From positions 11,346,001-11,410,000 of the forward strand of contig CM022677.1 in the NCBI GenBank assembly GCA_012295275.1: a stretch of DNA of 64,000 nt, read 5' to 3'. This DNA comes from Chrysomallon squamiferum. Lineage: Eukaryota; Animalia; Mollusca. Made by a program: the position numbers and the translations under genes. This document shows positions 1 through 17,213 of the stretch, one piece after another (position 1 is the stretch's first letter; every line of letters starts with the position of its first letter). The notes below the pieces were generated by a model. The model saw only the letters and a list, made by a program, of their open reading frames with translations, had not been told where the DNA came from and made no database searches.

Positions 1-3720
<3,720 letters not shown>

Positions 3721-5595
3721 TATGTATTTACTGTAGCATTATAGTAAACATTAAAGGTGTGATTGTACTGTGAAAACACAGTGTACATTCAGAAATGTAG
3801 ATTGGGCTTCCAGGTTAGCGTGTTTTTATAAAGAACAGTAGAATTGTATGTGAATATCGAGAACGCTTCCATACTAATGTGATATTTTATTAACTGAACA
3901 TGTTTCACAGAACAGCTAAGTACGAGTAATTTTACACGACGTTATGAAAATAAGACGCAACTTCAGTACCGCCATCACTTTTTATGTTACATGTTTTATG
4001 TTGTAAACAGAGGCGTAACGGTAATATTACGTATTGAAAAATAGAGGTATTGTTTTTTAATTAACAATATTACATAATTTTACGTTGCATAATAAATAAA
4101 TAAACAAATAAATAAATAAATAAATAATAAGCTTAAGTTTTCATTAACAGGTATAACGTATCTAACAAGTTGAATACTGAATCAACGTTTAATAATGTGT
4201 ATTATTCTCTCTTTTTTAATTAATATATTAGAATTGCAGTTGAGAGGTGAGAGGCTAGATTAAGATGAATTAACTTCACCATGTTATTGATATTTGCAAG
4301 TGCATCTTTCTTAAATACTAGAAACGTCTAGAATATAGAGAAACATTAATAGACGTGTTTATTATTAAAAGTAAAGTGAAAAGGCGAGTTCTGTAAATAT
4401 CCTGCGCTATTACAGATTAATTCTTAATTAACTGTAGAAAGTGATATTCTATTATCTCCCCTAAAAATTAAATTTATAATTAGACAATTAATATTCCACT
4501 AGATAAAATCTAGAGAGCTATATATAAATGTAAAATAGTACGGTTCTTTCGCTGAATTGAAGTGTATTAGTATAAACAGGTCTGGTTGAAGCGAATAAAC
4601 TATAAATATTGTCGTTCAGTTACATTATATGTGGTAAACAGCGTTCATCATAATAACAACAACATTTTTTTGTTCATTACTGCAATACAAAGGACATTTC
4701 AGTTGCCGTTTACAGGAACAAATAAATAAATAAATAAATGTATTAATATTAATATTAATATCTAAGATCCTTCAGTATTTTAGGCATACACAGAACCTCT
4801 CCCAGTGAGATAAAATATCATCGCTGCTTTATTATCAATGTTTTCTGCAGTGTTTATCATTTCTTTTACTGACGTTTTAATTACAGCGACACCTGCACTT
4901 ATCACTGTAATCTGAAAGTTAGATAGGTAGGTGGATAGACAGATAGACAGATAGACAGACAGATAGATGGAGAGTGAGACAGAGGGACATATATAGAGAT
5001 AAATCAATAGACAGACATACAGACACACAGACAGATAGAAAAACCCAAAACGGAACTGAATAATTAAAATGACCAATAAAAGAAAAGTTGTGAAAAGCGA
5101 GGTTAATGTGATATTATACAGTAATGCATGTACAAACATTTTCTTACACGTTCATTTGCCTATGAAATGTAAAATGTCTATCTATCTCTATGTCCATCAA
5201 TGTATCTATCTGTCTATTATTTAACTATATACATAAACACCATCTCACTGATATGAACTTTCCTGTATAACTATCCTCTAAGGCAAACACGTATACCAAA
5301 CTATTTCTTTTCTATGTGTGTGTGTCTGTGTATGTGTATATCTATCTATCTATTTATTTGTTGATAATTGTTTGTTTCTTTATAATGACGACTGTAATAC
5401 TGACATAACGACATTAACGATAAAAACAACAACACTAACTGCAATAATACTACTTAAAATGATAAATAAAATAGTCATTCATGAGTAGTTTGGTCCTCAA
5501 ATTTGTTGTACTGATTATTGCTATATAATCAATTTTTACTACTAATAATAATTAGTCCTAATCATAATACAAGTCAAATTCAAATCTTCAATAAA

Positions 5596-6247
5596 CTAAA
5601 CTCCTTGACAAATATCACACAAGAATACAATATCTTTCAAGTCTGCACCAGCTGGGATTTTAAGATTTGCGCAAGAATCAAGACAATACCAATTTGGGCA
5701 CCCGTCATATCCTATGAACTCGTCAGAATTCATTCCATCATCAACTCTGCCACAGAGTTCACATTTTTCTTGTGTATCTACTACATCTCTGTCTTCTAGT
5801 TCAGGCTCATCACCATCAGCGTTTTCTTTAACTGCATCCACCGGTTCTGCTGTAGCATTCAAATTGAACTGCCGTTTTGACTTTGGTATCTTCAATGTTT
5901 TTTTATTGTAATTTTGCCTTTGCTTTTTGGCCTTTTCTTCCTCCTTCTTCTTCTTCTTTGCCAACTCTCCTTCATACCTTCCTTGACACTTTCTTCTTCT
6001 GTCAATGCCTTTTGATGTTATTGCTCCAAGTGGTGGAGCAACATAAAAAGCATATTTCTTGCCTAATTATCACATATTAATCAAGTTTCTTCTGCTGAAC
6101 TTAAAAACCGATTATATGTTTACCTGTTTATAATGTATCACTAACCTTATGTCTACAGGACTGAAAAATACAGTATAGCGGCTGCAAGTCATAATATACC
6201 TCGGAGGCCAGAATTGCCCTGAAGCCAGAATTACCCCAACTTATACT
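5596..6247 (-). mobile_element. Truncated pogo/Tc1-mariner-superfamily DNA transposon remnant: one terminal repeat plus C-terminal K/E-rich coil and PHD finger
   Basis: ORF 5596-5964: K/E-rich helix, acidic linker, CELC...FIGYDGCPNWYCLDSC...FLCDIC (degenerate PHD). Terminus 6199-6247, read on the - strand, is gtataagttggggtaattctggcttcagggcaattctggcctccgagg, a duplicated motif resembling pogo-type TIRs. No second TIR or DDE domain seen. Absent from paralogous copy B. Confidence 0.6.
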
Positions 6248-6819
6248 AGTTTTAAATAAAATAATTTTAGTGAATTTAGTAAATTCAGTGAATGATCTAT
6301 ATTCAGGAGACTTGAATTATTTTATTTTATTTTTATATTTTTTTATTTTACTCAGCAGTCAATCTTTTTTGTAAATTTACCAACGTGGGTGTTAAATAGA
6401 GTTATTTCTCTTAGACCACGAACTTATGAAACAGATTACTCCTCGCATATGCGAGGTGACGGTAAATTAGATTTGCTGCTTTTAGATGAAAATAACCAAT
6501 TCTGTATAATGTTTTGTAGCAGACAGAACCAGCTTATTAACATTCCCTGTAATTTCTTTTTCTTTTAACTAACCAGCTTCCTGTATTTTTGGTTTATTTA
6601 ACGTGATATTATTATTTGATGAATTATTGTAAAATTGCTATTTCATTTAATGTTTTTCATTTATTTATTTTATTTATTTATTTCATTTACTTTGATGAAA
6701 AAAGTAGTTAGGAAAGGCGCAAGAGATCACGGTTTTGTAATATGAACACCCATCTTTATCAGTGTAAATCATAAAAAGTTCAGAAAATGGACGTAAAATA
6801 ATTGTATTTGGAAGTTTAA

Positions 6820-7052
6820 AAACTTCCGTGACCTCACGGAAACTTCCGATCGAAATCCAAGATGGCAGCATCGAACGCCGATCAATATTTACATAATTTT
6901 AATGCAATAATTCTACATGGATAATTAAAAGTAATTTGAGAAGTATGTCATATAACCAGTGCCTCTTATACATAGATGGCCTATACTCTGTAGTAATTGC
7001 TGAAAACGTGGTAACAATTCTTTTTTCTTTTTTTCTGACAATGACGTAATAT
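6820..7052 (+). promoter_or_regulatory. CpG-containing promoter-like module (ETS-like cggaaacttccg, YY1-like caagatggcagc, CRE-like tgacgtaa), copy 1 of 4
   Basis: cggaaacttccg 6837-6848, caagatggcagc 6858-6869, tgacgtaa ~7042. CpG cluster in an otherwise CpG-poor background. Motif match only. Confidence 0.45.
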
Positions 7053-8713
7053 ACCATCTCGTACCTATTTTTTTTTGCAGTATTTTTTTCCCACTTTTCA
7101 TAACATCGTCACCCAAATTTTTTTTTACAAATACAAAAAATATAAAAAATCAGTAAATAAATAAAAATAAAATAAAATAATTGAAATAAAATAAATTAAA
7201 ATGAAATAAATAATTTTCACTGACGCTGGTTGGAAGGATGCATCTAGCCATATAAATATACACGCGTACATACATATATGCATACACACACACACACGTG
7301 TATAGGAATGATAATGTATTTGTATGTTTAGAAGATCATTAGTATGTATATGTATATATATAAAAGGATAAGTAACTACATGTATGTGTGTGTGTGGCTG
7401 TGTGTGTGTGTGTGTGTGTGTAAAAAAGGGTGGATAGATGGTAGATGATAACACACAGGTAAATTGATAGACAGAAGAAAGGTAGATGGATTACTAGAAA
7501 GATAGATAGAATACATGAGAATATACCTGTACATCTGTAAGAACGACTGACTGTGTTGGTTATGCATATGGCATAAATAGATAGATAAATAAAAATATTT
7601 ATAGATAGCTAACTAGATAGAAAAATAGTTAAAAAGGATGTAAACAGAGAGTGCGTATACGTACGTGTGTGTGTGTGCATATGTACTTGTGTGAGTGCAA
7701 GATAGATTGTGGCTATGTATAACTGAGAAGGTGAGATAGATTGATATAGAGATAGTTAGACATCGCTTCAGAGATAGATTGATATATTAGGTAGACAATA
7801 ATTAGGTACATATAGAGATAGATATATATATATACAGCTAACATAGATAAACTGATGTGTAGGTGTGGTTATGTGTGTCTGTGTGTTACAGAAAGACAAC
7901 AGGTATTGACCTCACTATGAAACAGAGAAGTATGCCGTGAGTGTAAGATCTTTCAGAGAATGAGAGTTAATTACATAAATAAAAATAGATATAGACAGAC
8001 AGACAGACAGAGGATAGTGATGAATAAATGGTTAGCTAGACAGGTAATGGGCACATGTATATGAGTAAAAAATCATATGAGTTCGTCATTAAAGTCTGTT
8101 TCTATGTTAGAAAGAGGTGAGCAGGTGCGAGATTAAGCTACACCACAGGTTGAGCAATAAAGAGACAGATAGACAGACAAATAGCCAGAGAAACTCATGA
8201 TGAAATAAAACAAATATATAGATAGACCGATAGATAGATAGAAACATGCAGGTAGGTAAGGATGGATGGAGTGTTAGATGGATAAACGTTTTGGTGCAAA
8301 GAAGAACTGAGAAAATAATAAAAGGATAAAAAGAGGGAATGATGCACTGATAGGTTTTCAATTATATAAGCAATTACTTTTCAGACATCACATTGTTAAT
8401 AAATAAGGTCCTCATTGTAGGTCATTGGATTGAGTGATATATCAATGGAATTTGGCTTAATATCTAAAATATGTGATGAGGAATATATGGAGTTAGGAGG
8501 TAGGCATGACTGGAAGTAACCAATAAATTGTTAATGAGAGATTAGTGATTTCTAGCATTGTTTATGAAGAGAACATTAATCTGGAAATCTAGTCTGTGTT
8601 TGTCTACACTGAAAGCTTAGTCTTCATCTGCTGATTAGAAGGTAAATATGATAAGATAAGAAATGGCACTGTATTCTAAATTAGAAAAAAGTAGTAATAC
8701 CCTATATATAGAT

Positions 8714-8779
8714 TGCTAAGATACCCCGAGCGGCTAACCACACACGAGATTTCTGTCTTCTCAGTATGAATAAAATCTG

Positions 8780-8817
<38 letters not shown>

Positions 8818-9057
8818 TATATATTATATTCAGCATTAATACCAATAGCGACTGTTATGTGAAGTGCTAATATAACACAACAACAATGTCTGGAGGTACC
8901 TGCACATGTAGTCATGGCGCCACCTTGTATAGTTGAGATGTTTAGAATATAAAGAGGAAAATCCCTGGGACCGGTCCTGGGTGTGATCGCTAAGATATAC
9001 GGAGCGGCTAACCACACGAGATTTCTGTCTTCTCAGCATGAATAAAATCTGATATCA
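8714..9057. repeat. ~68-bp direct repeat pair (8714-8783 and 8988-9055), left arm only
   Basis: gctaagata...gagcggctaaccacac..gagatttctgtcttctcag.atgaataaaatctgatat occurs twice. The segment 8853-9057 begins tgtta and ends aataaa...atca, like a solo LTR, but no TSD was found. Confidence 0.6.
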
Positions 9058-9742
9058 TTTCTGAAATGAGTTTGAACACTTCAGAATAATAAATAAATAG
9101 AACAAATTAAAATTTATAAACTATACTTTATTATGTAATAATGTTGATTTTAAAAACAAAATCTGTGCTCAATCTGTGATTGCATGAAAGAGAAAAACAA
9201 CACCATTTTTTTTATTTAGAAAAATATTAATCTTTACAAATGTAAAAATATGTACATGGGTTGATTATATATATAAGTATTCTAAAACATATTCCTGAAT
9301 TGCTGTTACTGTTTTGTAAATATATATTGTGCAACAATGAGAGGAAAATTCTTCTTTAATTTGCTGTCCCCACCACTGATCAAGATATAAATGACTGGCA
9401 TGACTTACATGTTTATGATGTTTCGTGATTGTCAACTTGTGTTCATCAGTTGTTTTTGTCAGTTCATGCTTTGAGCTGCTTTTCGCTTCAAGTCAGCTCC
9501 AGGTCGTGCTTTTCACGTGGCCCGCTACACACGGGAAGAGGGTGGATCCCATGGACGTCGGTTTCCTTGCATTGGACGTGAACGATCGAGAGAACCAAAG
9601 AAATCCACCTGTACAAGAAGAAAAGAAAAATGTTTATTTATTATAATGTTATCTTTACTTCATTCGCAGTATAGCTGTGTCTAATGTGAAAGTAGAGAAT
9701 ATTTGCGAAAAAACCAACATATTTTATTCTGATACGTTATAC

Positions 9743-10368
9743 TCAGGTTGTATCCATGGGTTCCACCAATGGGTCAACCTCCATTGGTTGAATGTCTCTG
9801 TCGTCGAATGGGTCAACCTCCATTGGTTGAATGTCTGTGTCGTCGAATGGGTCAACCTCCACTGGCTGAATGTCTCTGTCGTCGAATGGGTCAACCTCCA
9901 TTGGTTGAATGTCTCTGTCGTCGAAGGGGTCGACGTCCATGGGCTCTTCGAAACGGATTCTGAAAATAACAGAACTGTTCAAATACTTTATACAAACTAT
10001 TCACTAAATATTTTTTGACGTGAATAATTAATAAAATAATAGTTGTCAGATAATGAGATTTGTTTAACACTCCTTTATTCATTTTAAATACTATCTGTAA
10101 TTTTACACTCCTTTATTCATTTTAAACACTATCTGTAATTAATAGTTGTTATTTTTATGTAAAAATAAACATATTTTGACAATGGTATATTAACAATATC
10201 AGAAACAGGAATCATAGCATTAGAGGTCAGAAAGTAATGCATACACACAGTTTTCAGTTATCTAAAACTAATCTAGCACAACCTCACTGTGAATAAAACA
10301 ATATGTCCAGTTTGGACTTAAATATGTTAATAATATAAAACTTAAACCTACACAAACGTAACCTTCAT
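9743..10368 (-). CDS. Putative small two-exon acidic repeat protein MKVTIRFEEPMDV-(DPFDDRDIQPMEV)x4-DPLVEPMDTT
   Basis: Main exon 9959-9743 follows a pyrimidine-rich acceptor (ctgttattttcag) and has four 39-bp units open to TGA. Candidate first exon ATGAAGGTTAC (10368-10358) plus GT donor splices in the right phase. A further strong acceptor (ttttcttttcttcttgtacag ~9610) lies downstream. No expression evidence. Confidence 0.5.
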
Positions 10369-10544
10369 CACTTGCAGATCGAGAGAACAAAAGAAATCCA
10401 CCTGTACAAGAAAAAAAGAAACATGTTTATTCATTATATAATGTCATGATTACTTATTCGCAGTATAGCTGTGTCTAATATGAAAGTAGAGAATACTTGC
10501 GAAAAATAAAATGTTTCAACATATTTTATTACGATACCTTATTC

Positions 10545-10683
10545 TCAGGATGTATCCATGGGTTCCCCGAATGGGTCAGCCTCCATTGATTGAATGTCTC
10601 TGTCGTCGAATGGGTCAACCTCCATTGGTTGAATGTCTCTGTGGTCGAAGGGGTTGACGTCCATGGACTCTTCGAAACGGATT
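10545..10683 (-). CDS. Second tandem copy of the PMEVD-repeat exon (2 units, degenerate)
   Basis: Translates IRFEESMDVNPFDHRDIQPMEVDPFDDRDIQSMEADPFGEPMDTS*. Same acceptor. The cognate ATG exon (~11078-11088) has an altered donor. Part of a tandem duplication 9585-10375 / 10376-11095. Confidence 0.4.
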
Positions 10684-11185
10684 CTGAAAATAACAGAACT
10701 TTTCAGGTATTGAATAGAAACTATTCACTAAATATTTTTAGACGGGAAGAAATAATAAAATAATAGTTGTCAGATAATAAGATATGTTTTACATATCCTT
10801 TATTCTTTTTAAATAAAAACAATCGAAACACTATCTGTAATTGATTATTGTTGTTATTTTTATGTAAAAATAAACATATTTTGACAAGGGTATATTAACA
10901 ATATCAGAAACAGGAATCATAGCATTAGAGGTAAGAAAGTAATGCATACACGCAGTTTTCAGTTATCGTTGATTATCTAATCTAAAAATAATCTAGCACA
11001 ACCTCACTGTGAATAAAACAATATGTCCAGTTTGGACTTAAATATGTTAATAATATACAAATTAAACCTACATACATGTAACCTTCATCAATTGCAAATG
11101 CAATTCAATATACAAAGTAAAAAAGAAGGAAAGTAAAGTCAGAACTAACTCGAATGCGCTTATCTTCAATATCGCCAACTGTATC

Positions 11186-11215
11186 TATGTAAACAAAGCA
11201 TTGATGACGTCATAC
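11186..11215 (-). promoter_or_regulatory. CRE palindrome and forkhead-like site upstream of the PMEVD genes
   Basis: tgacgtca 11205-11212 and gtaaaca 11189-11195, ~100-120 bp upstream (- strand) of the candidate ATG exon. The mirror copy at ~31280 is mutated to tggcgtca. Confidence 0.35.
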
Positions 11216-11819
11216 ATCCGAACGTAAAAACGAAGTTAGCCGAATATTAATTTTTATTTCCAACTCCGATCGATATAAAAATAAACATTTTATAACATCG
11301 AATGTACGCTTAGTATAAATTATAATTGGTAGGCTCGAAATCTTCAGTGATTTAAATTTTATTATAATTTATTTTTTAACTATTGTCATCAATAATTATT
11401 ATTTTTTTATTTTCGGAGTAATTCATGTTATTTTATGTATGTCTACAGCAAAGATATGTCTTGCTATTGAAACCGAAACAAAACCAAGAACCGAGATTTC
11501 CGATTATTGTAATAAATTAATCTAAATTTCAATGCTATTTACTGATCACCATGTTCACATTCTTCACGTTTATGATGTTTCGTAAATAACATAGTGTTTT
11601 AATAATTATTATCAACTTTATATTCATCGGGTGTTTTTTTATCAGTTTGTGGTTTGAGCTGCTTTTCGTATCATTTCAACTGTCATGTCGTGCTTGTTGG
11701 ACCACTACACACGGGAAGACGGTTTTGCCCATGGACACCCATGAAGGTGACCCCTCCGTAGAAAGAAAGAAATTTACATCTACAAGAAGAAAGAAAATGT
11801 TTACTTACTTATAATAACA

Positions 11820-12049
11820 CTCAACTTCAGTACCGCCATCACTATTTATGTTCTAAACAGAGGCGCAGCTATAATATTATGTACTGAAAACAGTGTTTAT
11901 TGAAAAATACAAGTGTTCTTTCATTTTATTTTGCATAATAAATAAATGAATAATAAGCTTAATTTTTTATTAATTGGTAGTACGTACTAACAAGTTGAAT
12001 AACGAATCAACTTTTAAAGATGCCTATGAACAAAATTAGATGTCTTCCA

Positions 12050-12092
<43 letters not shown>

Positions 12093-12285
12093 TTTTTTTT
12101 TTATTATTATTTGTTAAGTTAGTGGGGTTGCAATTTAGAGGTAAATATAAATTTACTATATTAAAATGAACTAACTTCACCATATTATTGACATTTACAA
12201 ATGTATCTTTCATAAATACTTGAAATTTTAACACAGATTCTTACATATAAATTAAAACACAAATTAATTAACCTAGTTAAGAAAA

Positions 12286-12320
<35 letters not shown>

Positions 12321-14261
12321 AGATCCTTCAGTATTTTCAGAATACACAGAACCTCTCCCAGTGAGATAAAATATCATCGCTGCTTTATTATCAATATTTT
12401 CTGCAGTGTTTATAACAAAATTACTGAAGTTATAATTACAGCTACACCTGCATTATCTCTACAGTCCGAGAGGTAGATAGGTAGGTGGATAGGTAGACAG
12501 ACAGATAGATACATAGACAGTCAGACAGACATACATATAGATATATAGATGGATAGACAGACCGACAGAGAGATTAAAATGACCAATAAAAGAAAAGATG
12601 TCAAAAGCGAGGTTAATATTATATTATAACTCATATACAAACATGTTCATTTGCCTATGAAATGTAAAATGTCTGTCTATTTCTATATCCATCTCTAGCT
12701 ATCTTCAGTGTATCTCTCTGATATTTAACTACATACATATCAACTTATGTAAGGCAAACAGGTGTAACCAGATTCTTTTCTATGTCTGTGTGTGTGTCTG
12801 TATATCTATTGATAATTGTTTCTTTTTTTGAGTAATAATATCTCAAATAACGAGATTAACGATAAAAATAAGAACAATAACTACAATAACACTAATTAAA
12901 ATGATAAATAAATATAATAATTAAGAAAGAATAATTAAACAAGAGTAAAAGAGGCATATATATATTATAAAGAAACATTTATGTTAAATAGAAATAAAAA
13001 TAATATATAGGTTTAAATAAAATCATTTTAGTGAATTCAGTAAATGGAGTGAATGATCTATATTCAGCAGACTTATGATATCTCTAATAATCTCTCGTCG
13101 CTTCATTTATTGAAAACAAAATATATTTCTATGTGATTTCTTTTTGTTATTTTGTTCTTTTTTAATATTTTACTTCACACTCAGTCTTTTTTGTATTTTT
13201 TCCAATGTGTTAAATAGAGTTATTTCCCGTAGACCACAAACTTCTAAAATAGATTACTCCGCACATGCGATGCGACGGTAAATTAGATTTGCTGCTTTTA
13301 GACGAAAAGAACTAATTGTGTATAATGTTTTGTAACAGACAGCACCAGCTTAATAACATTCCTTACGTTTTCTTTGTCTTTTAAATAACCAGTTTACTTT
13401 AGTTTTCGTTTATTAACTGTGTTAGTATTATTTATTGAATTATTGTAAAATGCTTATTTTATTTAATGTTTTTATTCAAGTTAATTTATTTCGTTTCGAT
13501 TTGTCTCTTTAAAAACAATGAATTTATTTACAAATTATTTGTATATGAAATTTGTGGTACATTTGCGCATATACAATACACCATATTTAGGACACTAATT
13601 GAAAGCTATTTAATAATAAAACTTAAAAAGTAATAAAAGCAAAGTCAGAATTTCACCGATTTATTGTTACAAACTAAACCTGAATCTTCGTTTCTGTTGG
13701 GGAACATTGCCAACTGGAAAAGTTAATACAGTAATCTTATAACAAATTATAATTTCAGTTTATTATGCACGCATTTATATAAAAATAATCCAGTTTGAAC
13801 AGTTTGATTAAGTTGAAAACGTACTTAGGAAAGGCGCAGGAGATCATGGTTTATCAGCGCGAATCTAATTTTAAAATCATAAAAAAGTTAAGAAAATTGT
13901 AGTTCAAAAACCCGTTCCGACTGTTTCCGAGCGCTCACGGAAACTTCCGATCGCATTCCAAGATGTCAGCGTCGAACGCCGATCAGTGTTTACAAACTTT
14001 TAAACATCCATCAAGTCTATATGGATTATTAAAAGTAATTTGAGGAAATACATCATATAAGTAATGCCGTTTATACGTATATGCCTATTATTGAGCAGCA
14101 ATTGCTGCAAAGGTCGAAACCAATTTTTAATTTAATTATTATTATTATTTTTTTTTTTTTGGGAACTTTGACGTCATACTATCTCGTACCCATTTCGTAC
14201 TAGATTTTTATTTTCCAGATATTTTTTCAATGTCGCCAGCCAGAAACAAATAACTAAATAA

Positions 14262-14294
<33 letters not shown>

Positions 14295-17176
14295 TTTAAC
14301 TGAAGCTGGTGGATGAATATTCTCATTAGGCACATAATGTGGACACGTTACTCTGCTAAAACTCCACAGCGGACAGTGCTGAGTACGCACTTGTAAAACA
14401 ATACTTGAAACCATTATATTTTTATTTTAATATTTATTTTCATTTTCAATACATTACAGGTGGTATTTACGTGGAAAAAGGAAGCTGATCGCGTGTTATT
14501 TGAATGATTGCCTAGATACATTTATTATGATGCTTGATACCGGTTTTACAACAGAAAATTTATTTAAAAAATTATAATTTAAAGATCCGCCAACCGGCCT
14601 GTTTAAAAAAATTACTTAAAAATTAATTTGTCACTCTTTTTCGTTAAAACCCATAACATTCGAGTTCTGAAACATGTAATTTAAGTTATGGTCGGGAAGT
14701 TTGTAAGATGAGGTTTGTTGTAAACTGTTCGAAATCGTGATATCGTACGTGACTTATCTCAAACAATAAATCTCAGAAAATGTCAATTAGTTATTTAACT
14801 AAAATACCCCACATTTTTCATTGGCTGGAGATAATGAATTATTTTCAATTTACAGGTGGATACTGTCAAGTCTGTGTCAGATTTTGTATTATTTTAAAGA
14901 CTTGGACAAAGACAGAGTTCTTTAGATCTCATCTCTCACCTTTACAGTAAAAGGCAGGTCAGTGCTGAAGATACAGAGGAGTGTTCACAATTTTATGGAT
15001 TTCAGCTTTGAGAAGTACTAGTGTGGTATTATTATTATTACATTTTCATCTTATGTTTGTATTGCTTAACTTTAACATATTTTGATCTAAACGCATTCTT
15101 CTTGTTTAATATATGAAAATATTTCATTTATCTTTATGAATTTAGATTTGAAAGACTCATTTGTTATTTTAATTTGACCAGAATGTAAAATTTGCAGTTT
15201 TGATACCTTTTTATAGATTTATATTTTTGTTTAAATTATTTGTTATTTATCAGACAATTAAACACAATGGAAAATTACTTTTAAATAATGATTCTATTAA
15301 ATTTTATTATTGTATCTACAGAAACGACAATATTCTGGAATCAGCTTCAGTAACAATAATATGGAGAAGAATATAGAGGTTACTTTAAACATTGAGATAT
15401 CTACTGATATAGACTAATTATGGATTTTTCTTTCCAAAGCAGTTTCCAGACAGAGAAGTTTTAACAATATCAGTGTTGATTGATTATTCTCCAAAAGTTA
15501 ACAGTGGATGATTCTTGGTTTTATCAGGAAAGGACTTAACAACTTCCTCTATAATGACTAAGGACACTGCACACACTATGTGTGGTTCTACACTGCAAAT
15601 TAGAAATTATTGCAGAAGAAATGAAAATATGTGGAGCAATGATATTTTTAAATAGAGAGCAGGTTCCAGATTAATGTTGTTTTCATAAAGATTATTAGCA
15701 ATTAACTTGAGAGCAGCTGTAAATGATTTAAAGGAATGGAGAAATGATTGACAGAGATATGAGACTGACTGTCAGTTGAAAGGTTAACAGGTGAAGAGAT
15801 AAACAGGAAGATACAAAGAAAGTAAGAAGTATATATTGATAGATTGATAGACAGCTAGATCAGTAGAAGTTAACAAATGAATTGATAAATGTAGATGAAT
15901 TGAGGTAGATAGGTAAACATGACAATGGCCATCTATCTATTCTGTGTATTCTTCCTTCTGTCATGTGTGTTTTGTGTGCCAGGCTGAGTAGAAGTACAGA
16001 TGTATATATAAATCATACAGGTTGTAATGCAGGCACAGTTAGTTATGTATGTAGGTAGTTTGACAGGGAGTTGGATAGATGACTGATAGATGGTTATTGA
16101 TATGTTGTAATGTGGATAGATAAACAGATAGGTATGTAGGTGAGTAGATCAGTAGGTTGATATGTAGATTATATAGACAGGCATCTGACAGATATTAGAC
16201 ACTCAAAGATACAGACAGGTAGGTAGGTCAGTACTTCAGTAGATATATGTAGATAGTTAACTAACAGACAGCAGAGACACAGAGAGACAGGTAGGTGTAG
16301 GCAAGTATGGATGGTAATGTGGAAGACTGAATGTATATGCAGGTGTAGGTATGCATAAGTTGGAGCAGAGAATAGTATACACTTGTGTATGGGAAGGAAA
16401 ATTTGCTTGTGTTTTTTGAAGTGTGAATATACTGAGTGTATAAGTGTGCAAACATACAGAAAAATAGGGAGATCTGTAGGTGGATATATAGGAGATGTAG
16501 ATAAGGAGATGTTATTGATGGTTATTGATTTCAATGGATAAAAGAAAATTAGACAGATTATATAACCGCTATGTAGATTGATTATGAGAAAATATTTAGA
16601 TAGACATACATATGGAAATGTGTGTAGATAGACATATATATGGAAATGTGTGTAGATAGACATAAATACGGAGATGTATGTAGATAGGTGATATTACATG
16701 CATATTCATAAAAAAATGAATGTGTATGTGTGTGTGTGTGTGTGTGTGTGCCAGTGATAAGCATAGCTAAATATGGGAATTGTGAATGAGAGTTATAAAT
16801 GGACAGTATCACAGAAAGATAGATATAGAAAGTAGTTATAATTATTTAGGGAGATAGTTAGGAAGATGAATAGGTGATTTATGGATGGTTATTGATGGAA
16901 TGTAATGTAGATGGATATATATATATATATGAGAAATACTAAATTATATATATATATTTTGAGGATAGACAGAGAGATATATAGATAGCTAAACAGATAG
17001 GCAGGTGCATATGTTCAATACATAGACAGAAAGACAGATAGAAGGATAGGTGTGACGCAAGATAGGTTATATATAATGGTAAAGTGGATGGCAGTAGATC
17101 TAAGGATGTATATGTGTAAGAAAATGATTATGTTAGAAATAGCGTTAAGATAGAGAATATATTTGATAGATAAACA

Positions 17177-17213
<37 letters not shown>

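Larger units (their letters stand above)
3955..8710. repeat. Older direct segmental duplication, copy A (paralogue of 11820-19205; mirrored at ~32110-36820)
   Basis: Ordered shared blocks: caacttcagtaccgccatcact (3958/11822); gatccttcagtatttt...cccagtgagataaaatatcatcg (4766/12322); tttaaataaaat..ttttagtgaatt (6250/13012); promoter-like module (6837/13938); 7432/17732; 8300-8660/18550-18920. Confidence 0.85.

Noticed and set aside
9743-9959. 39-bp repeats as CRISPR repeats; antisense ORFs 9677-10018 and 9748-9963 (VECLCRR repeats) as genes
   Set aside because: No spacers. The in-frame repeat leaves several frames open by chance, and splice signals support only the minus strand.
15320-15720. 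Exon-like complex sequence after a tctacag acceptor (mirror 26980-27385)
   Set aside because: Stops occur in the frames examined on both strands and no recognisable protein; at most a non-coding or long-dead exon.
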